In this document: positions 9,775 to 20,100 of the stretch, piece after piece
Layout of the letters: every line of letters starts with the position of its first letter
Numbering within the stretch: position 1 is the stretch's first letter
Notes under the pieces: model-generated
The model's database searches: none
What the model was told of the DNA's origin: nothing
What the model saw: the letters and a program-made list of their open reading frames with translations, nothing else
Source of the DNA: Macrostomum lignano
Taxonomy: Eukaryota
Reading direction: 5' to 3'
Length of the DNA: 64,000 nt
Assembly (NCBI GenBank): GCA_002269645.1
Contig: NIVC01000201.1
Coordinates: forward strand, 1 to 64,000
Position numbers and translations under genes: made by a program

Positions 9775-10428
9775 TTAAGTGTAAACCAGGTGGGGTCGCT
9801 GATTGGGCAGGATTCGAGCCCGGACCCGCAGCTCATCAGGGGTGGAAGGGTGAAAATCCAGGAGCAGGTAGGCTCCCCTGCCGTGCGATGTCACGTGCTT
9901 GAACACTGACAGCAGAAATCCGGGCTTCTCAGCAAAGCACTGCCTGCCCAGCGCTGCAATCTGCAGCTGGTCTCTGGGGTTCTTCATGATCACAAAGTAC
10001 ATCGCATTCAGACTCATTGTTCGCAACTCCTTCCCTTTAAAAAATACATTTTGGGTGAGCATAACCAGAAAGCAGGGCAAATGATGGGCAATTCCAGTGA
10101 AAACATTTCGCATTGCAGCAGAATTGGAAGTTTCTTCAATCAGGTCATCAAATACAACCAGGTCATTGGGTCTCAGTGCGGTCTCGATACTGCTGGGAAA
10201 TCCCTGCTGCAGGTGCACGCCGAGACTGCTGAGCTCAGAGTGTGCTGCTTGTGAAATCCCGTAGTACCACAGAACTCTCCCAGGCTTCACATCAAACATG
10301 ACATCCTTGTATTGTATCAGATGTTTCACGAAGGTTGTCTTTCCTGCATTTGTAGGCCCGCTGACAATCATGCAGCTTCCCTGTCGCAGGCGCACATCAT
10401 AACAGTTTATCCGCTCACGTGTTTCCAT
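9775..10428 (-). CDS. A32-like (FtsK/HerA superfamily) DNA-packaging ATPase
   Basis: Walker A GPTNAGKT, Walker B LVVFDDL, HH..FLVMLTQN, R..SLNAMY.V.MKNPRD. Confidence 0.95.
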   Translation of the reverse strand: METRERINCYDVRLRQGSCMIVSGPTNAGKTTFVKHLIQYKDVMFDVKPGRVLWYYGISQAAHSELSSLGVHLQQGFPSSIETALRPNDLVVFDDLIEETSNSAAMRNVFTGIAHHLPCFLVMLTQNVFFKGKELRTMSLNAMYFVIMKNPRDQLQIAALGRQCFAEKPGFLLSVFKHVTSHGRGAYLLLDFHPSTPDELRVRARILPNQRPHLVYT

Positions 10429-10454
10429 TGCCTGTTGAGCTAAATTCTTGATTT

Positions 10455-10979
10455 TTAAAATCTAATTAAATTTCTTTTTCTTAAGCAACTTTCAAACCTT
10501 TGCAGAATTCTTTCATTCAAGTGGCTCTGCTGATTTGCATGGAGGTGCCGCAGAACCCACTCAAACGAGCGCTTGAAACGAAACTTTTGATAGGCAAACA
10601 AGAGACAGAACAAACCGCATTTAGCAGAGTTGCAGCTCTGAATTCGATTCACATTGCTACGTAAGTAGAATGGAGAATACCAAAAGGATTTCAGTGCTCT
10701 GTGAATGATCTCTAAAGTGCTGGAGTCCCAGCCCAGAGAGTTAAAGAGTTCTATGGAATTCTCCTTATCAGCATAACAAACCACCCAGTGACCGAAGGAT
10801 GAGCTGTACTGAAGCAGAAAGAAAATAAACCTACATCGAGATAAATTTCTTTTGAGAGTTGCTCGCTGAATAATGTTTAAAGCATAAGATGTTTTATTTA
10901 TTGAATTCAAGACAATAATTAAACAGTTATTTTGTGGCAAAAAGCTTTTAGCCAGTTTAAGCAGTTGAAAAGCATCCAT
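10455..10979 (-). CDS. Adenain-like cysteine protease (virion maturation type)
   Basis: IIVLNS, GHWV (His), ELFNSLG, IQS..S..CGLFC (oxyanion Gln and catalytic Cys). Confidence 0.9.
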   Translation of the reverse strand: MDAFQLLKLAKSFLPQNNCLIIVLNSINKTSYALNIIQRATLKRNLSRCRFIFFLLQYSSSFGHWVVCYADKENSIELFNSLGWDSSTLEIIHRALKSFWYSPFYLRSNVNRIQSCNSAKCGLFCLLFAYQKFRFKRSFEWVLRHLHANQQSHLNERILQRFESCLRKRNLIRF

Positions 10980-11168
10980 ATTAGCGTTGCGCCAGCGTAC
11001 TCCTAGGATGGAAAATCTAGCAGAATCTCCCTGTGCTTGGTGACCTCAATCAGTGAGTCATACAGGCACATAACAATCAGAGATACAGGCTCCTCCAGTA
11101 CCTTCAGCATTTTCGCTACAAATGATGATGCTTCTCATAGTTGGGAATGGCTGCACAATGTTGGTATC

Positions 11169-12236
11169 TTACACTTTTCTTAAGTCCTTCTCATCCACCC
11201 AGTCAGTGGACTTGTAGCCGGCCCACTTGACGAGATATCGGATCTTTCCCTTCCGCTTCTCAGTCTTCAGAACCTTCTCGATTACATACAGCCGCTGCGA
11301 GTCCGGAACAGCTTGCAGCTCATGCTCGTGGAAGAGGCCTCTAATGTCTTCCCCCTTCATGTCTCGAATCCTGTACATGTAGGGATAATGCTTTGGTGCC
11401 CTAAACACTATGGTGTACACCTCCTCGCTCCAGTTCGCCTTGTATCCCTTCCTGAAGAGTCTGGGTGCATTGGAAATCCGCACTGATTGGTTTTCACAGA
11501 ACTTCGGTTTTCTCAGTTTCTCAACTGTCTCAATCGCTTTCCCATCATAAAGGTTCATCCACACTTCAGTCTCGTTTGCTTTGCTGACATTCATTGGTGT
11601 AGTCTTGATGCTTCTGTGGAAAGTATTGTTATAGGACTTGACCAGTTTAGGCAGCACATCAAGCCATTGTAGAGTGCTGTTGTGAGTAAAGTAACGCCAC
11701 ATCTTGCTTTTTAAAGTTCGATTCCATCTTTCAATTATGGCTGCTTTGTGCTCACTGCTAGTTGGAAACGCCAGAATCCCCCGGTCTATGCAGAACTGGC
11801 GAAAAATTGCGTTGACAAACTCCTTTCCCTGATCTGTGCGGACAGTCCGCGGCTGCCGCTTTGAGCTCTTCAGCATGCTCTCAAACGCAGATTTCACTTC
11901 TGCCGCGCTCTTAGACTTCAGTGCTCGGGCCATTGCAAATTTAGATAAAACATCAATGCAGGTGAGAATGTATTTATGCCCGCGATTATACTTTGCAAAC
12001 GGAATCATTTCCACCAGATCCATCTCCCACTGATCATCAATGGCCCTCACTATTATTGGCGCCCTTGGAAATCGTACTCTAGCTGGCTTATGCAGAGTGT
12101 GTACTGGCTGCTGACTTAGCCACTGCTCAATGCTCTTGACTCCAATATGCTAGCCTCTTTTTCGCAGTTCATGTTGCAGTTTTGAAGAACTGCAATAGCT
12201 CGCAGGCTGATTTGGATTGAAATAAATTTTTTCCAT
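11169..12236 (-). CDS. int: Retroviral-type (rve) DDE integrase with C-terminal chromodomain; in-frame TAG at 12150-12152
   Basis: ATG 12236 MEKIYFNPNQPASY..KL..RKRG*HIGVKSIEQWLSQQPVHTLHKPARVRFPR continues in frame into 11169-12050. Catalytic WEMDLVEM, RTDQGKEF, IERWNRTLK. Chromodomain YVIEKVL..YLVKWAGY..TDWV. Confidence 0.95.
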
Positions 12237-12400
12237 TTTCAGAAACAAAGAAACATTTTTAGGTTTTCTTAAGACATTGAAAATGTATAGCGCATGTGAA
12301 AGCAAGCATATATTTTTTATTTTCAAACAAAGAGATGGAAAGCAGGTCTGGATAAAAAGCTCGTAGCACAGAGTTTGTCTCAATGTCAGAGGGTCTGCAA

Positions 12401-13168
12401 TCAGTCGAAGCACGGCCTGGGCAGCTTCATGGCGTCCAATCTGCGCAGAGCGAACGGCGGCTGCTTGCGTTTCCTGGCGTTCTCAGCGGCGGCTGCTTGA
12501 GCTCGGAACTGGTACCAGACTGGGTCCTCTTGCAGATCAGTGTCCTGCCGAGGAATCGCTCCAGCTGCTGGCTTGGTCAGTTGCAGAGGCGTTGAAGTGG
12601 CAAACGCTGTGTCGATTTGCAGATTGGATGGCATGCCAGCCACATCGCCAGCAGCAGCAGGAGCATCGTCCTCCGCCTTCACTACCGGCTTGGTCTCTTC
12701 CGCGTTTTCGCCAGCACCGTCTTCATTTTCGATGCTGTTGGAGGAAGATCCCGACTCCAGCTCGTATACATCGGAAATCTCACGTGGAGCCGATAGCTGC
12801 TCGTCGATCCAATCCGCGTACTGCCACAGCTTTCGCCACAGCGGCGGTGTCAGCAGCACGGTGTTCCGCTTAAGAAACTCGTCGCAGCAGTCCTCCGGCA
12901 ATCGCTTTAACCAGATAATGCCGTTTTTCACTTCGATGAACTTATCGAAGCCGAGTTTGACAACCTTTGGCTGTTTGTCCAAGGCCGCCTTGACAAGCGA
13001 TCGCTTCAACTCCTTGAGCTTCTCCCACTGACGGATGTTCAAATTGAAGCCGGGGACTCCAGGTTTCAAACTCGCAGTGCTGCCATGTCGGTAAAATTTT
13101 CTGATAGCAATGAACATAACTCCTTCATACTCCTGTATTTGGAGTTTATATCCTTCGCCGATGTCCAT
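12401..13168 (-). CDS. PC4/Sub1-like ssDNA-binding protein with two tandem PC4-type domains and an acidic/disordered tail
   Basis: MDIGEGYKLQIQEYEGVMFIAIRKFY..LKPGVPGFNLNIRQWEKLKE aligns with PC4 [45 protein letters not shown]. A second degenerate copy reads VKLGFDKFIEVK..IWLKR..TVLLTPPLWRKL..WIDEQL. Confidence 0.8.
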   Translation of the reverse strand: MDIGEGYKLQIQEYEGVMFIAIRKFYRHGSTASLKPGVPGFNLNIRQWEKLKELKRSLVKAALDKQPKVVKLGFDKFIEVKNGIIWLKRLPEDCCDEFLKRNTVLLTPPLWRKLWQYADWIDEQLSAPREISDVYELESGSSSNSIENEDGAGENAEETKPVVKAEDDAPAAAGDVAGMPSNLQIDTAFATSTPLQLTKPAAGAIPRQDTDLQEDPVWYQFRAQAAAAENARKRKQPPFALRRLDAMKLPRPCFD

Positions 13169-13240
13169 GACTTAAAATCTAACAGAATAAACTATCTCGT
13201 CGAAAAAAATCGTTTTTTCATGAATCAAAGAGATTTTTTG

Positions 13241-13250
13241 GTCCTTATAT
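13241..13250 (-). promoter_or_regulatory. TATA-like motif ATATAAGGAC upstream of the PC4-like gene
   Basis: Plus-strand GTCCTTATAT, 72 bp upstream of minus-strand ATG 13168; same motif as 767-776. Confidence 0.5.
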
Positions 13251-13314
13251 AGACTAAACCACTGCAGCAGACATACAGCAATAGAAAAACATAGGCCTAT
13301 GTTCTCTCACTAAG

Positions 13315-13450
13315 GCCCCATGGAATTTCCATGGCTTTCCCTGCGGCAGAGTCCACCAATGCATTTACATAGGCGCTATGTTTACACACTATAGCCCCGT
13401 GGTTTTCCCACGGAAATTCCTGCGGCAGAGTCCACATTTCCCCTACTACT
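13315..13450 (-). repeat. Right terminal inverted repeat with two 79-bp-spaced subunits
   Basis: CCTGCGGCAGAGTCCAC at 13340-13356 and 13419-13435. Each is preceded by a hairpin (13318-13334 CCATGGAA-T-TTCCATGG; 13397-13413 CCGTGG-TTTTC-CCACGG). Ends in CTACTACT. Confidence 0.85.
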
Positions 13451-14146
13451 CACTCTAGATTCGCCAAGCAGCTCGGGTGGTGAATCATGCGGTCTCTAAC
13501 GCTCGAGTGAGTCTATCATCAGCACTACGAGAGGCTGGTTGGCGCGTTGAAGGCCAAAAGTACATATCTTCGTATTTTGCAATGTAATGGAACATGTAGC
13601 TACCCCATAGTCTCGCCACTGCAAGTATCTCCAACACAAGTCCCCTCTGTAACCTGCATGGCCAATGCGATCAAGTCCCAGCAGGGTCCCTTATCATCGG
13701 CTATGACTTCGAGACTTCGAGACACTAGTTGGCAGGTAAGTGCTAAGCCCCTTCTAGTCGGAAGCCCGATTTCGAAAGTTCCGGTTTAGCTAGTCGGTTA
13801 CCGTCGGGTGATTGTGTACATTGGGCGAATATACTTTATGTCTATTTAGTGTTCTGTGTTCTGCAAGACATGGATTTTAACTGATATATCAGTAGACACG
13901 ATAAAAAATCAACTACATGAGACTCCGAAAAATTGTAAGTAAAACTGCTTTTCAGATCCGTAATACTTTTCCAGAAATAAAAGTACATGTAAACTATTAC
14001 GCGTTAAGCGAAATTTTAAATGCAATGTTTTCTTGGAAATCTACTATTTAACGTGGCGTGGCAATTTTTTTGTAGACTTTGAAAGGTTTTGTCAAAGAAA
14101 AGACACATATCCAGCTAGAGTAAAGCACTCCGCTTTATGTTGCAAC

Positions 14147-17100
14147 ATGATTAGTTTTTTTGTAGTTGGATTTGCCGCACTGTTCATTTTGGCACTTGTC
14201 GGGTTTCTTCTGTATGCTTCCCCTGTAAGTGAACTAAACTCATAAATCTAAAAACTATTTTTTAATTATGTATTTTAATAAAGGGAAAAATGCATACATG
14301 CTCGACCTCTGAAATTAAATTGGCTGTATGACTTGGTTTTTATCATAATGCGACTTAGTTTGCTTTTGTTGCAACTTGCTTAGTTTTTTACTCTTTGGAC
14401 TTTGCTTCTTGTTTGCCTCATTTGCTTTCCAGTGCCACTTTATTTTTTTCCCTCTTCTTTATTGTTCTTTTCCTTCTAGGCTAGTCTTTTTTGATACAAT
14501 AGTCAGTTTTGCAATTGACCCTTGCCCATGAGTTGCCACAATTTATGCCAGCCACATTGAAAACTTCTGGGCCATAATGTGGAAGGTTTTCTGTGTAAGC
14601 CGGACACATTTTTATTGAATTTTCAATTGTACGCCAACAGATTTTAAATGTACACCAACTTAAATAATGGTAAAAAAATCAACAAATATTTAAATTTAAA
14701 TTTAAACTTAAACTACAAAAAATTGATAATGACTTGACAATTGTCGTAACAATTCCAGTAATTAAAATGATTAATGAGAAAATAGTAGCAGAAAAAAATG
14801 GTTTTTGAAATAACTTAACATAGAAAAAGCACAAAAAATTCTTTATATTAATTTCCATGCTAGTCGCCATACACCACACTGTACGCCACACTGTACACAG
14901 CCAAGAAATGTACACTGGTGTACATGTAGCGTACTTTAATGACTTTCCCGAAATTTCTTCAGATTTCTAAAAGTCAAAAACTATTTCCAGAAACTTCTTT
15001 GAGTTAGCAGCTAATCTATAACATATGCATATAAATAGTAAATAATTAATTATCACTTAAGTATTAATGTTCTAATTATATTTACGTAATGTATATAATT
15101 AAAGGGTTATTTCGCTTTGTTAAAATTAGCTAAATCTTTCTAGAAATTTCCGGAAGGCAATAACAAAGCTATAAATACACGGCGGCGGCAGTGAGACAAA
15201 CCACTCACTCTCCCCTTGTTTTCTCTTTGATCTAAGTTCCGTTGGTAAATAACTAAATGAACCACCGCCTTGCTCTTATTCAATAATCAATTAAAGAAAA
15301 TTCTACAATGGTCCAGTGAGGCGTCGAGCAATCTCTTTCAGAATGCGTGTGCATACGCATGCCCATGACCGCTCATCATGCCACCATTTGTGATCAGCAC
15401 CGCCGTTGCTACCAACGCCGAAACATAGCACACCACTGTCTACTGCCCAGCGTCATCACTTCTCAGCGTGTCTCCCATCACCGTCATGTAATATAAATTT
15501 AGCTAAACCGTCGCCAACCTCCCTGTTCCCACATCTAAAAACGACACGGTATCTCGTCGGTGACCAAATAAACTACGCCTACACGGGCTCACGAACGGCC
15601 ATCCGATCGAGCCATCCGCGCAGCTACATGTATGACCTCCACGTATATGTACCAGCGACATCAACCGCAGCACCGCGCAGATGCGACGTTAGCACTGGGT
15701 CTCATCCATCGCGAAAAACTCAATCAGCAATCCACAATAAACCGGCTGGCACTACTGGCGAGTCTACACATTGCAACCTTCTACGAGGTTCCTCGATAAG
15801 CCGGTGGTCAACCAGCTGGCCTAACCCGGACGACACCCATGAATCTTCTCGGTTCTGTTTCAGCCGCAGAGTGACTACCCGCCTTGATCCCTGGCGCCTA
15901 TCCGTAGTTCGGGAGTCGTCTGTCTGCAAACCGGCAATAACCCGCAGGTCATTCCAAACTACAGCGACAAACCGCCATCCTGGAGCAGTGCCGCAGAGAC
16001 CACGGACTTGTTAACCGCCATAATGTACAATAAGTCTGAACTCCTCGACTGCAGTGCGAGCCCTGCTGCCCCTATCCGTCTTGTGGTGAACCCAGTCGTC
16101 ATCTGTATTAATTTTCAGCAGCGTAATTTCAACCTGGACTTTATTCACGGTAACCCAGCAACTAATTAACATTAATTAACCGTCATACCTTAGGGACTCC
16201 GTCTCCCGTGGGGGGAACTGTTGTAGCGTACTTTAATGACTTTCCCGAAATTTCTTCAGATTTCTAAAAGTCAAAAACTATTTCCAGAAACTTCTTTGAG
16301 TTAGCAGCTAATCTATAACATATGCATATAAATAGTAAATAATTAATTATCACTTAAGTATTAATGTTCTAATTATATTTACGTAATGTATATAATTAAA
16401 GGGTTATTTCGCTTTGTTAAAATTAGCTAAATCTTTCTAGAAATTTCCGGAAGGCAATAACAAAGCTATAAATACACGGCGGCGGCAGTGAGACAAACCA
16501 CTCACTCTCCCCTTGTTTTCTCTTTGATCTAAGTTCCGTTGGTAAATAACTAAATGAACCACCGCCTTGCTCTTATTCAATAATCAATTAAAGAAAATTC
16601 TACATACACCACTCGCCACAGAAATCAAGTGTATGCTGGAATTTTCCGGCATACACCCACCATCTGCAAAATGGCTTCTAGGGGGCTTATGCATTATATA
16701 ATATAACAACATTTACTTTTATAGAGAAGATGTTTATAATAAAATTTAGTGTTTTAACTAAGTATAATATATAGCTGAATTTATATATTGATAGTTTAAA
16801 TGAGTGGGTCTTAAATGGTAACATTGATTAAACATTTTACAAAGTATTGTATTCTTTAAGTTTGCCCTTTTTTGAAATAATGCAATAAACAAGGGCTTTT
16901 AATCAGGGTGCCTATTACTTAAAAAAACCTAGATAAACTCAGAATTGCCTAAAATAGGAGAAATATGAACATTAAAAAATAAAAGATTTGAATTAAAAGC
17001 CCAGAAATCAGTATAAATTGTTAAACCTAAAACTCAAAGCTTCAAAATGCTATGAATTTTGTTATTTGAAGGTCAAATTACTTATTAAATTAAATTTGAG

Positions 17101-20100
17101 TAAATTACTTTCCAGAATAATGGTAACTTGCTAGAAAGCATTATATAGTTACTAGGTAGTACAATGCTCTTCCCATGAAAATCTGGAATCTGGAATAATA
17201 AAGGAATTATTAATTCCTTAATATTCAACATGAATCTATTGAAGTTTCTTTGGTAGTTTCTTTGCTAATAGAAGTTTTTTCATTTATTTAACCCATTTTA
17301 GGGTGCCAAGAAAAAGACAGACATTCCAGGCCCACCTCCCAGTGACAAGCTGTAAGTCCTCCTAAATTATATCATTAACAAGTGTGCTTTATTGGTGGAA
17401 TGGGCCATCTATTATTGGATTCAACACATTCTTCCATTGCACCAGCCTTGGCAATTTGCCAGACATTGGCAAAGCGGGCAGCCTACACGAGTTCCTGTGC
17501 AATCTGCACGCTGAGCATGGCCCCCTGGCCGGCTTCTACTTCGGCCAGCAGTTTGTGGTGAGCCTGGCCAGCAGTGAGCTCATGCGACAGACTGTGCGCC
17601 TGTTTGACAAGCCGCCTGAGCTGTTTAAACTGTTCGAGCCGCTCATTGGTGAGTGTGGCTGATTATTCGAGTTTTGGCCTTGGCTTAGGTAGCTTGCTGA
17701 GGATAAAAAAGCCCAGCCTCGCATTGTGGACTCTTTTTTATTATACTGATATAAAAAAACTGCTAAGAAAGTAATGGTAAAATCACATGATTATTGTTTT
17801 GAATGCAGCATTGAGAACCGGACATATGCAGGCGTGAGAATTTATCCGCTTCTCCACCGCCAGCCTCCCAGATCCTCAGTTGCTAGGCCACAACCTCCCA
17901 GATCCTCAGTTGCTAGGCCACAGCCTCCCAGATCCTCAGTTTCTGGGCCAGCCTCCCAGAGTGTCAGTTGCTGGGCCAACCTCCCAGATCCTCAGTTTCT
18001 GGGCCAGCCTTCCAGATCATCAGCTGCTAGGCCACCGCCACTCTACCAGATCCTCAGTTGCTAGGCCACAGCATCCCAAATTCTCAGTTGCTGGGCCACA
18101 TACCTCCCAGATCCCCAAATAATGCCCCTAATTCTCAGGCCCGAAGTCCATCCAATACGCCAACGGGCTGGACGGCCGCACCCGGCGGAACACCTTCGAC
18201 CGGGCCTTCTCGCACGAAGCCGTCGGCCGGACCTTCCCCGTGCTGGACGAGTGCGCAGACGAGCTGATTGAGAAGCTGCGGGCCATGGCCGCCAAGGGCG
18301 AGCGAATACCGCTGTCCCGCTTCTGCATTGGCCTGGCCATCAAAGCGATTCTTCGAGTGACAGTCGAGCCCGACAGCGCCAGCCTGCCCGATGAGCAGGT
18401 GGCTGTTTTTACTGCTTGTACAGCAAATATGTTTCTGTAATAAAACGCTTTCTAATTTCCTAATTGCTTATTCTTCATCCCAAATCCCATACTCAGGTGG
18501 CTCAATTAAAATCCTGCTACGATCTCGCTTGGAACGAGATGGAGACGCGTCTGACTCAGGGAGAGCCCGAGGCTGGCGATCATCGCGTCCAGGTGCGCGA
18601 CTGTTGGGATTCTGATCCCGAATACCCAACTCAAATAGGAAGATCCCGATTCCAAATATGAAGATCCCAATTCCAAATATGAAGATCCCAATTCCAAACA
18701 TGAAGATCCCGATCCCGAATTTAAAGATCCCGATTCCAAACATGAAGATCCCGATTCCAAATATGAAGATCCCAATTCCAAACATGAAGATCCCGATTCC
18801 AAATATGAAGATCTCAATTCCAAACATGAAGATCCCGATTCCAAACATGAAGATCCCGATCCCGAATTTGAAGATCCCAATTCCAAACATGAAGATCCCG
18901 ATTCCAAATATGAAGATCCCAATTCCAAACATGAAGATCCCGATTCCAAATATGAAGATCCTGAATCCAAACATAAAGATCCCGATCCCAAACATGAAGA
19001 TCCCGATCCCAAACATGAAGATCCCGATCCCGAATTTGAAGATCCCAATTCCAAATATGAAGATCCCAATTCCAAACTGATGTGTTCCTTATTACCAGTC
19101 CTCAACTGTAATCAAGGAACAATCACTTCTAGCTTTGTAGATAGGCAACCCAGTAAGTCAACAGAAGGTATTCAATTACCTTTAATCCGGATGTGTAGAT
19201 CTCTTCTTTTGAGTCCTTGTAGATCTCGCGTAGATCTCGTCACAGACTCTGTCGATCAGGCCTGTCGTCCGACTTGTCTCTGAAGTCCGGGTCCGAGTTT
19301 CTTCTGTGTCTTGTGCCGGCCGGTGTCTGTGGTTCGGACCAATGGGAAGCTTCCAATTAGAATGGGTACCCTGCGCCAAACTGCGGTCTTAATTAAGCCT
19401 CCTTCTTCTAGCAGTGCCTCTATGCACTCTAGGAATAGCTCCGGAAACTACTGATAGTCTTCCAAGATCTATCAGGGGCAGTCCTTCTGGAGACTGCAAC
19501 CAGTGGAGTCTAAATAGACTTAAGAGTCTCAACAGACTCAAACTAAACTCAAGTCACACTGGACTTGAGCGAGACGTCTCTAACAACAACGGGCGCAAAT
19601 AAGGAAGGCTTACCGCAACAACCGACCGAGTCTTGGTCCAGGAAGTCCGACTGTGGCTTCCTCTTCGGAGCTCTTCTCCTTCCGGAGGAATTGTCGGCTC
19701 CGGGTCCGTTCCGGACCACTTGTATTTATAGGCGTTCGGACCTCTCTCGAGGTCGTACATCACTGTCTTCGCAAATGTCAAGGGGTCACGATTCGGTGGC
19801 TGTCAAGCATGACAGGGCAGAAAGTTATGCTACTAGTCTACTGTAAAACACACATGATTGGTTACCGTATCTGGTGTTTTTCTGTCGCGTTTGATTGGTT
19901 CATCCGGGTGCAAACCGCGGGTGCAAGCCAAATGACGAATCGTAGGTGGGGTTGAACTGAAAAACGTAGGTTGCACGTGGCCAATGATGAATCGCAAATG
20001 GGATTTAACTTGACAATTGTGGGTCACGAGTGATTGGTTGGTTACTAAAAATAACATGACCAACTTTTCGCATTTCTGATTGGTTAATACAAATGTAGCC

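Larger units (their letters stand above)
247..13450. mobile_element. Polinton/Maverick (adintovirus-like) element, about 13.2 kb, no capsid genes recognised; outer part of left TIR missing
   Basis: Co-occurrence of pPolB, rve integrase, A32-like ATPase and adenain-like protease. Right end terminates in ...CCCCTACTACT (13450), the ACTACT-type terminus typical of Polintons. 247-310 is an imperfect inverted copy of about 13315-13379. Confidence 0.93.

Noticed and set aside
13456-13833. Possible MITE bounded by TAGATTCGCCAA and TTGGGCGAATATA
   Set aside because: Only a short imperfect inverted match, and TGGGCGAA recurs elsewhere (about 382, 22785, 29873), so it is not diagnostic.
15406-16014. 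202-aa ORF inside the LTR element as a gag remnant
   Set aside because: TTG start, Ser/Thr/Arg-rich, and no zinc knuckle, protease, RT or integrase motif.
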